From: a virus
Taxonomy: Duplodnaviria > Heunggongvirae > Uroviricota > Caudoviricetes
DNA length: 25,422 nt
IMG/VR virus record: IMGVR_UViG_2574180238_000002
Reading direction: 5' to 3' (one strand)
Positions 1 through 10,641 of this stretch are shown one piece after another; within the stretch, counting starts at the first letter, position 1, and each line of letters begins with the position of its first letter. Below the pieces are notes generated by a model, which did no database searches, was not told where the DNA came from, and saw only the letters and a program-made list of their open reading frames with translations. Position numbers and translations under genes: made by a program.

Positions 1-276
1 GTGGCTTCTGTTTCTATCAGCTGTCCCTCCTGTTCAGCTACTGACGGGGTGGTGCGTAACGGCAAAAGCACCGCCGGACATCAGCGCTATCTCTGCTCTC
101 ACTGCCGTAAAACATGGCAACTGCAGTTCACTTACACCGCTTCTCAACCCGGTACGCACCAGAAAATCATTGATATGGCCATGAATGGCGTTGGATGCCG
201 GGCAACCGCCCGCATTATGGGCGTTGGCCTCAACACGATTTTCCGCCATTTAAAAAACTCAGGCCGCAGTCGGTAA
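1..276 (+). CDS. insA: IS1 InsA (GTG start)
   Basis: 91 aa [37 protein letters not shown]..., the canonical IS1 InsA; zinc-finger CxxC...CxxC. Confidence 0.9.
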   Translation: MASVSISCPSCSATDGVVRNGKSTAGHQRYLCSHCRKTWQLQFTYTASQPGTHQKIIDMAMNGVGCRATARIMGVGLNTIFRHLKNSGRSR

Positions 277-698
277 CCTCGCGCATACAGCCGGGCAGTG
301 ACGTCATCGTCTGCGCGGAAATGGACGAACAGTGGGGATACGTCGGGGCTAAATCGCGCCAGCGCTGGCTGTTTTACGCGTATGACAGGCTCCGGAAGAC
401 GGTTGTTGCGCACGTATTCGGTGAACGCACTATGGCGACGCTGGGGCGTCTTATGAGCCTGCTGTCACCCTTTGACGTGGTGATATGGATGACGGATGGC
501 TGGCCGCTGTATGAATCCCGCCTGAAGGGAAAGCTGCACGTAATCAGCAAGCGATATACGCAGCGAATTGAGCGGCATAACCTGAATCTGAGGCAGCACC
601 TGGCACGGCTGGGACGGAAGTCGCTGTCGTTCTCAAAATCGGTGGAGCTGCATGACAAAGTCATCGGGCATTATCTGAACATAAAACACTATCAATAA
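195..698 (+). CDS. insB: IS1 InsB reading frame (expressed as InsAB' by -1 frameshift)
   Basis: 167-aa ORF ...[36 protein letters not shown]... typical of IS1 InsB; overlaps insA in the -1 frame at the A6C motif. Confidence 0.85.
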   Translation: MPGNRPHYGRWPQHDFPPFKKLRPQSVTSRIQPGSDVIVCAEMDEQWGYVGAKSRQRWLFYAYDRLRKTVVAHVFGERTMATLGRLMSLLSPFDVVIWMTDGWPLYESRLKGKLHVISKRYTQRIERHNLNLRQHLARLGRKSLSFSKSVELHDKVIGHYLNIKHYQ

Positions 699-708
699 GT
701 TGGAGTCA

Positions 709-1485
709 TTACCATATCTGGCATGCGGTTTCGTTAAGAGGAACTCCGATCGCATTGCCAGCTTTTGTTTCATCAGGGTGTATCCATGCCATTTTCTTAT
801 CCAGATCGACCTGTGACCACTCAAGGTCTGTAACGTTGGAACGGCGAAGGCCTGTCGTGATTGCAAACATGACCACAGGGAAGAAGTGAGGAGCAATTTC
901 TGCAAACAGGCGCTTCGATTCCTCCTCTGTAAGCCATCTGATGCGTCCATTCTTAACGCGTGGTGTTGATATTTTGGGTGCCCTGTCAAGCCATCCCCAT
1001 TCAACAGCCATATTGAGAATGGCGCGAAGTATTGCCAGATGCCTCGTCTTCGTTCCTTTGCTTGCAAGCTTTGGTTTATACTCCGGCACCGGATTGCCAA
1101 GTCGCAAACACCTGTCCCGGCTCATCTCCCAGTTCAGGCGATGGCGGCGGTTTTCCATCCCATCTACCGCCTCCATTATTTTTTCTGTTGTTATGTCAGA
1201 GAGAATGGCTTCTCTGAAGTGCAACATCCAGAACGATATAATGCTCTTGTCATCATCAATGGACTTCTTATCCGATTTCTCACGCAGCCACCGTATGCAG
1301 GCTTCCTTGAATAGCTTTTTCGGTGATTCCCCGAGATTTTTTACTCTCCACGCTTCTGCTTTCAGACGATCGTGAAGTTCTTGCGCTTGCCTTTTGTCCG
1401 ATGTTTCAAGAGAGCGTCTAACTCTTGATCCATCTGGCGCGACGAAATCGCAGTGCCACGTGCCACCGCGTAGTTTGATTGACAT
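709..1485 (-). pseudogene. int: P22-family tyrosine integrase, C-terminally truncated by IS1
   Basis: 258 aa; N-terminal and core-binding region resemble lambdoid/P22-type Int (DKRQAQELHDRLKAEAWR...TGLRRSN). ORF stops inside the IS1 terminus at 709-713, so the catalytic H-x-x-R and Tyr region is missing. Strong RBS AGGAGG upstream of ATG at 1485. Confidence 0.8.
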
Positions 1486-1709
1486 GCTTTAACCTCCTGC
1501 ACATCAACCGCATTCACCGCGCTATTGTGTCTCACAGACTTAAGCGCCGCAATGCAGTCTGACTTGCAAATGCGATATGGGCTTTTAGGTTTATCTGGAT
1601 TTATCTTTGCGGCCTGAAGTCGTCCACTTCGTATCCACTGCGTGATAGTGCCTTTGTCTACCTTCAGATACGACGCTGCCTCTTCACGAGTGAAGATTTC
1701 TTCTTCCAC
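1362..1709 (-). CDS. xis: excisionase-like DNA-binding protein
   Basis: 115 aa directly upstream of and overlapping int on the same strand; GTG start with GGAG RBS; position and size fit a P22-type Xis. Confidence 0.6.
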   Translation of the reverse strand: MEEEIFTREEAASYLKVDKGTITQWIRSGRLQAAKINPDKPKSPYRICKSDCIAALKSVRHNSAVNAVDVQEVKACQSNYAVARGTAISSRQMDQELDALLKHRTKGKRKNFTIV

Positions 1710-1799
1710 CTGGAATCTCCATTTATTGGATTGGTATTATTGCGGTAGGTCTGGATATCATTGAGCAATGAACAGGCCTCATCGAGTATGAGGCTGTGG

Positions 1800-2144
1800 T
1801 TAGTCCTTGCGTAACTCGCTAATTCTTCTGTAAGTCTCTGGTGCTTTGTTTCCGTGTATCTTCATTTCAGACTTCAACAGATCAACGAGGGAATCCCATT
1901 CGTTGAGGATTCCTTTGAATGCCGGAACGCGCTTTGCAACCTTGTCGAATGAATCTCTGATTTCTGGAATCTGCTCAACAAGTGCAACGCATCGTCGGAA
2001 ATCTGCTGCGTCATGTGGAGCGCCGAAGTGATGACCATAGATATTCTTTTTCAGTCCACATGCGATTGAGGCAAGAGTTGCGCTACTGATGCCGACATCG
2101 CCAGTCGATTGCCATTTCAAAACCTTCATAGCCAAATCTGACAT
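1800..2144 (-). CDS. hypothetical prophage early protein
   Basis: ORF with GGAG RBS 7 nt upstream of ATG at 2144 (internal Met of the 123-aa track ORF). Confidence 0.5.
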   Translation of the reverse strand: MSDLAMKVLKWQSTGDVGISSATLASIACGLKKNIYGHHFGAPHDAADFRRCVALVEQIPEIRDSFDKVAKRVPAFKGILNEWDSLVDLLKSEMKIHGNKAPETYRRISELRKD

Positions 2145-2155
2145 TTCTTGTCTCC

Positions 2156-2180
2156 AATAAAAAACCGCCATCAGGCGGCT
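2156..2180 (-). terminator. rho-independent terminator (minus strand)
   Basis: Stem ccgcc/ggcgg with 5-nt loop followed on the minus strand by a T-run (A-run 2155-2164 on plus strand). Confidence 0.4.
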
Positions 2181-2244
2181 TGGTGTTCTTTCAGTTCTTC
2201 AATTCGAATATTGGTTACATTGTTTTCATATATGAATAAATAAA

Positions 2245-2424
2245 TTAGCTTTTTTCGTTGCCTTCGCGTTCTTTATTAATTTTGACAAAATCGTTTTTAC
2301 CACGCTCTCCAAATGCGTCTTTAGAGTCGTTGTATCCGCAATCGCAGCACACATAATCATCAGACCATCCACGCATTGTTTTTTCTTTTGCAATATTTCC
2401 AGAACCGCATTTTGGACAAGACAT
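2245..2424 (-). CDS. small zinc-ribbon protein
   Basis: 59 aa from ATG at 2424 with GGAGG RBS; MSCPKCGSG...CCDCG has two Cys pairs typical of a zinc ribbon. Confidence 0.5.
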   Translation of the reverse strand: MSCPKCGSGNIAKEKTMRGWSDDYVCCDCGYNDSKDAFGERGKNDFVKINKEREGNEKS

Positions 2425-2520
2425 ATCACTACCTCCAAAGCATGAGAGAGATGACAACGTAACATTGATTGGAGATTAACAATAGATTGCTGATGTAAAA
2501 GATATGTATAAGCTTCGCTT

Positions 2521-3240
2521 TCAAAGTGGAGGCTCTGGTAGCGGCATCCAGTGAGTTACGTCATCCAAGATATTTCCTGATAAATACGTGAAAGCTCTAT
2601 ATTTTTTGTAATCAATTGGATTTACAACCCAGTTCCAATATGCGGCCACGATTTCACCTTGACTAAATGCCAGTAACATTTTGGTGTCTTCCGGCATTCG
2701 ATCACTACAGCTTATCCAACCATCCGGAGTTACCGGAGATTTGCCATTTACATCGAAGTTTGGCTCTGCGTCCTGAACCAGGAGGATGTAACCATTCTTG
2801 GCAGTATCAAGTTCTGACGCCTCGGTGACGGTGCCGAAATAGCGATTACCTAAATCAGCATCACAAGTACTTACATCAATGGAAACTTCCATGCCTTCGA
2901 TTAATTCTGGCAAGTTGTAAGCTTGGCTTACAGGTTCGGCTTCCAGTTCTGCAATGCGCTTTTTTGCTGTTTCCAGCTCGCCCAGCAGCGCCAAGACGGT
3001 AGCCGGATTGGCTGCAGCGATGAATTCAGCATTGGCCTGCTGTTCCATTTGGAAATCTTCATCGAAACCGCTTTCAGAATGCGCTCCTTCAATTCTGCAA
3101 ATGGGAATATATCCAGCAGCCTCGCGATGAATTAGCGCATCATCACCATCAAATCGGCTCTCTCCATATTCGAGCGACCACTCACCACACGTTGCTTTTT
3201 CTGCCGCCTCACGCAGTGCCTGATAGTTAATTTCGCTCAC
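2521..3240 (-). CDS. prophage early protein with DUF551-like C-terminus
   Basis: 239 aa; GTG start with AGGAGG RBS; C-terminal ...WISCSDRMPED...HWMPLPEPP resembles the DUF551 motif common in lambdoid early-left regions. Domain assignment from memory. Confidence 0.55.
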   Translation of the reverse strand: MSEINYQALREAAEKATCGEWSLEYGESRFDGDDALIHREAAGYIPICRIEGAHSESGFDEDFQMEQQANAEFIAAANPATVLALLGELETAKKRIAELEAEPVSQAYNLPELIEGMEVSIDVSTCDADLGNRYFGTVTEASELDTAKNGYILLVQDAEPNFDVNGKSPVTPDGWISCSDRMPEDTKMLLAFSQGEIVAAYWNWVVNPIDYKKYRAFTYLSGNILDDVTHWMPLPEPPL

Positions 3241-3788
3241 TGGTTGCCTCCTTTGCGAAGCTCTGCAGCGAAATATACAGCTGCGGAAACAATAGCTGCA
3301 TGTCGGTATTCACCATCAGAAAATAAAGAATCTCCCTTAAGTGCATTGACGATACTCTGATGATTTTTTGCCAGCATCTCCACGCCCTGCGCCCGTACTT
3401 CAGCCAGAAAAGCATCGGTGGCTGGCATATTTCCTGTTGCCTTCATGGCCTCCAAAATAACCAGAACGCCATCTCGCCCAACCACCTCAGCGATAACCTC
3501 GGTGTTGTCGCCAACAACATCGCAGAATGCCTGAACTGCCTTACGAGCCAGCTCATTCTCCGCCGCAAGCGCCGAAAACTTCTCGTGTGCCAACTTAACA
3601 ACTGCATCAGCCTGCTTAATTGACTCAATCGCTCTCTGCTGGTCTTCGGACAGAGCCGAAATCTTGGCCTCCGCTTCAGCAAATTTACGCACCAGATATT
3701 CAGCGTTTGTTTCGTTAACCTTTAAATCTCGTGGGATGCATTTACCTTTCAGAAATCCATCCATCTCAATTAGTGACATTTGTTTCAT
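3237..3788 (-). CDS. hypothetical prophage protein
   Basis: ORF with GGAG RBS 9 nt upstream of ATG at 3788; GTGA start/stop overlap with the downstream gene suggests translational coupling. Confidence 0.5.
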   Translation of the reverse strand: MKQMSLIEMDGFLKGKCIPRDLKVNETNAEYLVRKFAEAEAKISALSEDQQRAIESIKQADAVVKLAHEKFSALAAENELARKAVQAFCDVVGDNTEVIAEVVGRDGVLVILEAMKATGNMPATDAFLAEVRAQGVEMLAKNHQSIVNALKGDSLFSDGEYRHAAIVSAAVYFAAELRKGGNQ

Positions 3789-3945
3789 TTCTTCCCACTC
3801 CGCCACATCGCATTCAGATATTTGTTGTCATTAACAGAACCGAAACTCTTTCTCTTAAGCAATTCCTCTCTCGATGGCATTGGCTTTACGCGTTGGCGAA
3901 TAATCATTTCTGCCGGAAGAATGCCGGGATTGTATGCAAGTCCTC

Positions 3946-4236
3946 TCATGATTTACTCTCCACGAACTGGTCAATAGCCATGCTAAGTGACATACCTAAA
4001 GTTTCGATATGCTGCTGAATATCCTGTAGCGTCTGCGCCTGAGATAACAGGATTTCACGGTTACATAACTCTTTAACCAGATGCTCAAACTTGCTGTAAT
4101 AACCGATACGGCTTAGTGTTTCTTTCCCTGCATTCTCACCTTCTTTGATAATTCCTCTTTCGCTAAGAATCAGGTCGTGTTTGGTTCCGGTAATAACGTA
4201 TTTTCCGAGGTCGATGTTCAGCTTCATTGTTTTCAT
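3946..4236 (-). CDS. hypothetical prophage protein
   Basis: 96 aa from ATG at 4236 ([12 protein letters not shown]...) with AGGAA RBS. Confidence 0.45.
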   Translation of the reverse strand: MKTMKLNIDLGKYVITGTKHDLILSERGIIKEGENAGKETLSRIGYYSKFEHLVKELCNREILLSQAQTLQDIQQHIETLGMSLSMAIDQFVESKS

Positions 4237-4246
4237 TGTTAATTCC

Positions 4247-4540
4247 TCAGTCATTACTGATAGCGCCATAGCGTGAGCGGTAATTACGCAGGCGCGGGTC
4301 AATTTCAGGGAAGTGGGTATATGTGGCTTTGCGGAATGGTCGGATTGATGTCTGGTAAATTCGCTCGCGTTCTTCTTTCTCTGCGAGCCATATACAATGG
4401 CGAAATTCCTTTTCCTCTTTCGTTTCCTGCGGTAGCGACATTATCCGGTCGTAGTTTTTTCTGAATTTATCCAGCACCTCCGATACGGAATTGCCGGAAC
4501 AGCGGCGCGGGTCATCCGCACTATACAGAGGCGCTGGCAT
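4247..4540 (-). CDS. hypothetical protein (uncertain)
   Basis: 97-aa ORF, charged composition, no clear SD; sits at the presumed deletion junction just upstream of the gp20-like gene. Confidence 0.3.
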   Translation of the reverse strand: MPAPLYSADDPRRCSGNSVSEVLDKFRKNYDRIMSLPQETKEEKEFRHCIWLAEKEERERIYQTSIRPFRKATYTHFPEIDPRLRNYRSRYGAISND

Positions 4541-4586
4541 TGGTGCTGGTATCGGATTGCTTGGCTCGTTGTTTTAAGGGGTAATC

Positions 4587-5993
4587 ATGGCTACTTGGCA
4601 AGGAACAAACGGCGGATTGTTGGCTGGTATCGGCGGCGTCAACTCAAACGCTCCGAGCGTAAATGACATCGGCAATACGCTTCAGCTTATCAGGCAGAAC
4701 AATGATATTGAGCGTTCAGGCGCTAACAATGTTGGACTGACGGCCTTGCAAGGTCTTTCAGGTATTGCGGGTGTTTTTCAGCAGGAAAAGCAGGCTCAGC
4801 GGCAGAAAGAATTTCAGCAGGCATACGCTAATGCTTATGCGTCTGGTGATCGCGGTGCTTTGCGTCAGTTGGCTACTCAATATCCAGACCAGATTGAATC
4901 CGTTCGTAAAGGCATGGGATTCATTGATGAAGACCAGCGTAATTCTATCGGTACATTAGCGGCTGGGGGGGGGGGTGGGGCATCGTCTCCAGAAGCAATG
5001 CAATCATGGCTGCAAAATAACGCCAAGGAACTGACTCGCGTCGGTGTTGACCCTAATAACGTTGCTCAGATGTATCAGCAGAATCCTTCAGGATTTGGTG
5101 AGTTTGTTGATCACCTTGGAATGGCTGCTCTTGGTCCGATTGATTACTTCAATGTTCAGGACAAGATGGCTGGTCGTGAGATTGATCGCGGAAAACTTGC
5201 AGAGACAATCCGCAGCAATCAGGCTGGTGAAGCACTTCAGGCGAGAGGGCAAAACCTTTCCTATCAGTCAGCAATGACTGGGCACAATATCGCAGCACAA
5301 CGCTTGGCCCTGGATCAGCAAGAGTTCGGGTTTAAGATGCAGCAAGCGCAGGAAAAGGCTCAGCAGTTGATTAGCGAAGCACCTAAGCTGTCAGTAAACA
5401 TGGAAAAAGGCATCGAGACGGCTGTAAACAATGCCACAGCATCATCAAACTCAGCCAATTCCATGAGTGCGCTTGCTCAACAGTTCAGAGCAGAAAAACC
5501 AACGACAGGTTTGTTCGGTAACGCACAGAACATGTTCGCAAAACTTACCGGAAGCGATACGACATTGCGTGATTTGCGCATTCGCCAAAATGCCCTTGTT
5601 AACAGTCAGGTTCTTAAATTCCTACCTCCCGGCCCAGCAACGGATAAAGACGTTGAGATCGTTCGACAGGGTGCGCCAACTGACATGGATAACCCTGAGA
5701 CGGTCGCAAGATGGCTTGATGCAATGGCAAACCTTGAGCGACGAAACGCGCAGTTTAATGAGTTTAAAGCTGAGTGGATGAGCGCGAATGGCAACCCTGG
5801 ACAATCGCGTAATGGCGGTCAGATATTGGGGTTGGATGTTAAAAAAGGTGAATCATTGGGGAGTGCCGTTAAGCGGTATATGTCATTGAATACTGACGCA
5901 GCGCCAGCACAAGATTCGATACCTTCAGGAGAACCACGGAATCAGGTTGGATCATATACCTCAAAATCAGGCATTCAATTTACGGTGGAATGA
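4587..5993 (+). CDS. P22 gp20-like ejection (DNA transfer) protein
   Basis: 468 aa with AAGGGG RBS. Size and position (before a ~610-aa protein, followed by an Mnt-like gene and tailspike) match the gp20-gp16 pair of P22-like phages. Assigned by synteny and size, not sequence recall. Confidence 0.7.
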   Translation: MATWQGTNGGLLAGIGGVNSNAPSVNDIGNTLQLIRQNNDIERSGANNVGLTALQGLSGIAGVFQQEKQAQRQKEFQQAYANAYASGDRGALRQLATQYPDQIESVRKGMGFIDEDQRNSIGTLAAGGGGGASSPEAMQSWLQNNAKELTRVGVDPNNVAQMYQQNPSGFGEFVDHLGMAALGPIDYFNVQDKMAGREIDRGKLAETIRSNQAGEALQARGQNLSYQSAMTGHNIAAQRLALDQQEFGFKMQQAQEKAQQLISEAPKLSVNMEKGIETAVNNATASSNSANSMSALAQQFRAEKPTTGLFGNAQNMFAKLTGSDTTLRDLRIRQNALVNSQVLKFLPPGPATDKDVEIVRQGAPTDMDNPETVARWLDAMANLERRNAQFNEFKAEWMSANGNPGQSRNGGQILGLDVKKGESLGSAVKRYMSLNTDAAPAQDSIPSGEPRNQVGSYTSKSGIQFTVE

Positions 5994-7837
5994 TGAAAGT
6001 AACTGCAAACGGTAAGACATTTACCTTCCCTGATGGTACGAGCACGGAAGATATTGGATCTGCCATTGATGAGTATTTTGCTGGACAGTCTGTTCAGCAA
6101 CAAACTGTCAGCCAGGATAGCAATGAACCAGCACGTGAAGAACCATCATTGATGCAACAAGCTGGCGATTGGCTCACTGGTGGTCAAAGTGCAGGGCAAA
6201 TTGCTGAACAGGCTGGTCGTGGTCTGGTAAACATACCATTTGACGTATTGCAGGGTGGTGCAAGTCTGATTAATGCAATCAGCCAGGGGCTTGGTGGCCC
6301 AAAGGTTTTGGATGATGTTTATCGTCCAGTAGATCGACCAACAGACCCTTATGCGCAAGCTGGAGAAACAATTGGCGGGTATTTAGTTCCAGGAGCTGGA
6401 ACGGCAGGAAGCATGGCTATTGGATCACTGGCAGAGGCCGCAAATCAGAAAGGCGATTTCGCACAAAATGCAGCCAAAAATGCCGGAGTTAACCTTGCCG
6501 CTCAGGGTGTTCTTTCCGCAGCAGCAAAGGGAATAGAGCGTGGAATAACGGCTATAAAAGGTGATATTGCGCCAGAAGTGGCGAAGAAAATTGCCACATC
6601 AGAATCGATGGGCGTGACACCAATGACATCTGATGTTATCCCGCCGAAAAATGCTTTCACTCGTGGCCTTACTCAGGATGCCGAGGGTGCTTTGCTCGGG
6701 ACAGGCTCAAAGCGAGCGGAGCAATATGCAACGCGTAGTAAACTGGTAAGCAATTATTTTGACCGTTTTGGTGAGTATAACCCTGATGATGTGGTGAAAT
6801 CTCTGACCACCACGTTAAGGGGGAGGAAGGATGCCGCTGGCGCTGTTATCAATGACGTCACCAATAAAATGGGTAATGCCGCAGTTGATACCACAAATAC
6901 CATGAATGCTCTGAATACAGCGATCGCAAGACAGGAACGGCTTGGGACGTCTGCCAATCAAAGCCTGCTTACATCCTTGCGTAACCTACGTGAAGAATTA
7001 GCAAACCCTGCAACTGATTTGGATGTTACGTTTGATCTCTTGCGTCAGCACAGAACAGCATTTAGATCTAATGTTCAGGGAGATGCTATGGTCTTCCCCA
7101 ACCAGGCAAAAGCAGCTACCAATATGGTAGAGAATGCAATGTCAAAAGACCTTCGTAACGCAGTTGCTAAAAACCTCGGTGCATCAGACGCAGCAAAATA
7201 CCTTAAAGCAAATTCCGATTATGCAAACGTTTATAATAAGGTGCTTAATAAAAACATTGCTAACAAGCTCAACAAGGCAAGCAGTGAAGCCAGTCCTGAA
7301 CTTATAAATACCGTTGTATTAAGCAGAAAACCATCTGACGTGAAACGAATCTGGAGCGCACTGGATGATAAAGGGAAAGATGCTATGCGTGCAGCTTACG
7401 TCAGCAAAATAGCGGAAAAGGCCGGTGACTCTCCAGCCAAGTTCATCACTGAAGTTAATAAGCTGAAATCTCAGTCAGGCGGTGAAATTTACAACACTAT
7501 TTTTTCTGGAAAGCACATGAAAGAGCTTGATGCTCTTCATGAAGTTCTACAGCAAACAGCAAGGTCAGACACCGCAAATGTAGTAACTCAGACGGGGCAA
7601 TCGCAAGCCAACAGGATAAGGACGATTGGCGCAACTGCGACCCTTGGCGTATCAATGGGGCTTGAGGCTGGTTTTGGTGCAATGATGCGCTTGTATGAGT
7701 CCAAAGCAGCAAGGAATGCTCTCTTACGCCTGGCAAACACTAAAACTGGAACGCCAGCTTATGAAAGAGCGCTAAATAATGCTGCAAATGCGATACGCCC
7801 TATACTTTCAAGCCAAATTACAGCAGAACAGCAATAA
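5990..7837 (+). CDS. P22 gp16-like ejection (DNA transfer) protein
   Basis: 615 aa; ATGA overlap with the upstream gene; size matches P22 gp16 (~609 aa); synteny with mnt-like gene and tailspike. Confidence 0.7.
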   Translation: MMKVTANGKTFTFPDGTSTEDIGSAIDEYFAGQSVQQQTVSQDSNEPAREEPSLMQQAGDWLTGGQSAGQIAEQAGRGLVNIPFDVLQGGASLINAISQGLGGPKVLDDVYRPVDRPTDPYAQAGETIGGYLVPGAGTAGSMAIGSLAEAANQKGDFAQNAAKNAGVNLAAQGVLSAAAKGIERGITAIKGDIAPEVAKKIATSESMGVTPMTSDVIPPKNAFTRGLTQDAEGALLGTGSKRAEQYATRSKLVSNYFDRFGEYNPDDVVKSLTTTLRGRKDAAGAVINDVTNKMGNAAVDTTNTMNALNTAIARQERLGTSANQSLLTSLRNLREELANPATDLDVTFDLLRQHRTAFRSNVQGDAMVFPNQAKAATNMVENAMSKDLRNAVAKNLGASDAAKYLKANSDYANVYNKVLNKNIANKLNKASSEASPELINTVVLSRKPSDVKRIWSALDDKGKDAMRAAYVSKIAEKAGDSPAKFITEVNKLKSQSGGEIYNTIFSGKHMKELDALHEVLQQTARSDTANVVTQTGQSQANRIRTIGATATLGVSMGLEAGFGAMMRLYESKAARNALLRLANTKTGTPAYERALNNAANAIRPILSSQITAEQQ

Positions 7838-7851
7838 AAGATAAGATATAA

Positions 7852-8337
7852 CTACCTGATATTACTGCTACTGTTGCATGTTACCGTGTTTCCAAATCCT
7901 GAATTGCAGTTTGTATATGTGTCAACGCGTGTTGGGTAAGGTTGAGTTATAACAGGCTGGCGCGCTTTTTGCTCGATCGCTTGCATTGTGTTTACAGCCT
8001 GATAATTCAATAAAGCCTGCTGGAATGCTTGGCTTTGCGCTATTTGTTGGGCTTGCTCTTGGCTTTGTAATTGAACATAAAGATTTTGAAGCTCAAGTCT
8101 TGCCTGTGCGTCACTTATCTTACCTTCATCAACACCTTGCCCGAGCATCTTTGCGGCAAGGACATACAGCTTAGGTGTTGGTGCAGACGCCATGCGTGAG
8201 TCGTTCTTCACACTGGCATCAAGGCAATTAGCCATATCGCTAAGCTTTTGATAGCGTTGTTCGCAACTTGCTTGATAGTCACTTACTTTTGCGCATCCAA
8301 CCAGAAGAAGCGGGATAATTAACAGTGATTTTTTCAT
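7852..8337 (-). CDS. lipoprotein in the sieA-equivalent position
   Basis: ATG at 8337 with AAGGAG RBS; MKKSLLIIPLLLVGC is a signal peptide with lipobox; Gln-rich C-terminal half. Confidence 0.6.
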   Translation of the reverse strand: MKKSLLIIPLLLVGCAKVSDYQASCEQRYQKLSDMANCLDASVKNDSRMASAPTPKLYVLAAKMLGQGVDEGKISDAQARLELQNLYVQLQSQEQAQQIAQSQAFQQALLNYQAVNTMQAIEQKARQPVITQPYPTRVDTYTNCNSGFGNTVTCNSSSNIR

Positions 8338-8407
8338 ATGGTTAACTCTCCTTAGTTTTTCACAGGATATCATGAAGGCAATGCCATTTTAGCCGGAAAC
8401 TAGATTT

Positions 8408-8674
8408 CTATGTTTCCTTTTTATTATTGCTATACATGGTCTTAAGCGTTTCAAAAACCATTTTCTTAACCATATCAGATTGTTGTTCTGCCATACGCTC
8501 TGCATCGTCAATGTAAACTGATGCAGAGCTTTGTTTAGCCAATGATTCTTCAATCGCTGCAATTATCTCTGAGTTCAGCGACCTGTTATTCATCTTCGCG
8601 CGCTGTTTAATTTTCGCGTGGAGTTCATGCGGAAGTCTCAAGTGAAACTGCGCCTCGTCGTATTTGCTGTACAT
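8408..8674 (-). CDS. mnt: Mnt-like ribbon-helix-helix repressor
   Basis: 88 aa from ATG at 8674; aligns by eye with remembered P22 Mnt (..NGRS.NSE...DAER.A..QS..VKKMVF.TLK..Y). Confidence 0.7.
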   Translation of the reverse strand: MYSKYDEAQFHLRLPHELHAKIKQRAKMNNRSLNSEIIAAIEESLAKQSSASVYIDDAERMAEQQSDMVKKMVFETLKTMYSNNKKET

Positions 8675-8795
8675 CCTTGATGCCTCACCAGTTGGGTGGA
8701 ATGGCATCGTAACCTACTGGATAAATACTCAATAGTACCATTTCTGTATGCAATCACATCATGGTTGCATCATATCATTCGTCTGGAGCAATGAA

Positions 8796-10613
8796 ATGTC
8801 AGATATCACCGCAAATGTTGTGGTAAGCATGCCTTCTCAACTCTTCACTATGGCTCGTTCTTTTAAAGCTGTAGCCAATGGCAAAATTTATATCGGTAAA
8901 ATTGACACTGACCCGGTAAATCCTGAAAACCAGATTCAGGTTTATGTGGAGAACGAAGACGGCTCTCACGTTCCTGTATCGCAGCCAATCATCATTAACG
9001 CTGCCGGATATCCTGTATATAACGGACAGATTGCCAAATTCGTAACTGTGCAAGGCCATTCTATGGCTGTTTATGATGCATATGGGGCGCAGCAGTTCTA
9101 TTTTCCTAATGCGTTGAAGTGTTCCCCTGACCAGGGAATTATCAGGTTAAAAGAAGAAATTGCGAAAGATGATGGAGAGAAATATATCGGAATATGCCCT
9201 GACGTTTCTACACTCAGAACAATTGAGCCATCATTCGTCGGGCAAAATATAACTGTTCGTGGATACTACTCTGACACACCCGGGCTTGGGGGAGGAACGT
9301 TTATAGCCTTTTCCAGTTCTGAAGCTGACGATGGTGTGAATATTTTTGTTACCCCTGGCGGTAAGCGATGGAAGAGAGCAGGAAGCCACATCGATATTCC
9401 GGTAGAGAACGGTGGCATGATGACATCATGTACGGCTGAGCAAAACAGTGAAGCCTTTGAACGCCTGACTGCATGCCTTCCATATGAAGGAGGTACGCTC
9501 AGACTCAATGGATTTTACGGTATTAAGTATGGCGCTATCGTGCCTCCACGTGTCACGCTGGAGGGGTGCGGTATGGATTCCTGTGGATTAATTAAAACAG
9601 GTAACGATATTAAAACCGTTCCGGATCGCATGTGGCAGGGTGTACCACACAGCTTCTCCAAAGACTTTATTGTTGCGGTAGATATGGATAGTGACACATC
9701 AGGTGATTTAAGCGGGACACAAACAAGAAGCACCAGAATAATTGGATTGAGTATTCTAAATACTGCGCCCAATCCTTGTGATTACGGGATATATAGCGCT
9801 ATCAGTTACAATGTGCGCCTTCAGGACCTGTATATTCATAGGGTGAAAACCGGTTATCGCACTAGTGATAGTTGGTTGCAGACATGGGAAAACATTACTA
9901 TTCAGGATGTCGTTACTGGAGTTAAAATCGAAGCAGGTGGAACCACATATAATTTAAACAATATTTATGTGAAAACATGTTCAGGTGTTGCATATGATTT
10001 TAATAACATTACATATAGCAGCCTGACTTGTTTGGCTGCTGACTTCGTTAATGGTACTGGCTATAAATTTAAAGATTGTACTGGAGTGAATCTATCTGGA
10101 TGCGGAAGCGAAGAAGGCACTGGTAAAATATTTGATATAAATGGTAGTCGAATTAACGTAACTGCATTTAGAGGGGTTAATCATCATGATGGAGGAGTTG
10201 AAGCTGTATCTCTGGAATCGTGTTTCATCTCATTGGTTTCATCTCATTTTTCTAGTTACTCTGGAGTCTCATCTAGCAAATACATATATCTTAATAATGC
10301 AACTGCAAATTTTAATGGTACGGTAATTCCCGACAACACCACTGATTCTATTAGATGGGGTAGTGCGCAGAGCAGGATCAACAAGGTTGATTCAGGCGGC
10401 ACCTATAGTATAACCGGAAACTCATCATGGACTGCATTATGCAGACTTGAGTCAGGATATATAACGGTTCTATCAGTATCACCACCCACGGGAGATACAA
10501 CTAATTTCCCGTTTGGCACCAAGTGGGAATTGCTTGGTCAGGTTTATACCGGACCGTGGAAGTGGACATACGTATCAACTGGTGAATGGAAGGTATCCGC
10601 AACTACCACGTAA
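8796..10613 (+). CDS. tailspike with P22-type head-binding N-terminus and divergent receptor-binding domain
   Basis: [11 protein letters not shown]...[35 protein letters not shown]...[11 protein letters not shown] matches the remembered P22 gp9 N-terminal ~110 aa; the rest does not resemble P22 gp9. GGAG RBS. Confidence 0.85.
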   Translation: MSDITANVVVSMPSQLFTMARSFKAVANGKIYIGKIDTDPVNPENQIQVYVENEDGSHVPVSQPIIINAAGYPVYNGQIAKFVTVQGHSMAVYDAYGAQQFYFPNALKCSPDQGIIRLKEEIAKDDGEKYIGICPDVSTLRTIEPSFVGQNITVRGYYSDTPGLGGGTFIAFSSSEADDGVNIFVTPGGKRWKRAGSHIDIPVENGGMMTSCTAEQNSEAFERLTACLPYEGGTLRLNGFYGIKYGAIVPPRVTLEGCGMDSCGLIKTGNDIKTVPDRMWQGVPHSFSKDFIVAVDMDSDTSGDLSGTQTRSTRIIGLSILNTAPNPCDYGIYSAISYNVRLQDLYIHRVKTGYRTSDSWLQTWENITIQDVVTGVKIEAGGTTYNLNNIYVKTCSGVAYDFNNITYSSLTCLAADFVNGTGYKFKDCTGVNLSGCGSEEGTGKIFDINGSRINVTAFRGVNHHDGGVEAVSLESCFISLVSSHFSSYSGVSSSKYIYLNNATANFNGTVIPDNTTDSIRWGSAQSRINKVDSGGTYSITGNSSWTALCRLESGYITVLSVSPPTGDTTNFPFGTKWELLGQVYTGPWKWTYVSTGEWKVSATTT

Positions 10614-10640
10614 AAAAAAGGGGCTTTCAGCCCCTTTTTA
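10612..10640. terminator. bidirectional rho-independent terminator
   Basis: aaaaaaaa-ggggct-ttc-agcccc-ttttta: perfect 6-bp GC-rich stem flanked by A-run and T-run, between convergent tailspike and acyltransferase genes. Confidence 0.65.
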
Positions 10641-10641
10641 T

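Larger units (their letters stand above)
1..713 (+). mobile_element. IS1 insertion sequence, left end cut by window edge
   Basis: InsA and InsB ORFs match remembered IS1 proteins; A6C frameshift motif at 252-258; element ends ...aagttggagtcattacc at 713, matching the IS1 terminal inverted repeat. Left IR lies outside the window. Confidence 0.9.

Noticed and set aside
34-664. Minus-strand ORFs inside IS1 (34..249, 144..413, 374..664)
   Set aside because: Antisense to the well-established insA/insB frames; known spurious frames of IS1.
633-1375. ORFs overlapping the integrase (633..1100 minus; 941..1375, 1032..1217, 1039..1314 plus)
   Set aside because: They overlap or lie antisense to the integrase reading frame, which has the strong RBS and recognisable family features; one spans the IS1 junction.
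4765-7736. Short ORFs nested in or antisense to the gp20/gp16-like genes (4765..4959, 5044..5277, 5467..5781, 5606..5794, 5622..5804, 6146..6358, 6754..6957, 7497..7736)
   Set aside because: Embedded within long uninterrupted coding frames on the same or opposite strand; no independent start signals.
8748-8795. Longer tailspike start at 8748 ([16 protein letters not shown]...)
   Set aside because: The ATG at 8796 has the GGAG RBS and yields the conserved [12 protein letters not shown]-terminus; the 16-codon extension is unlikely.
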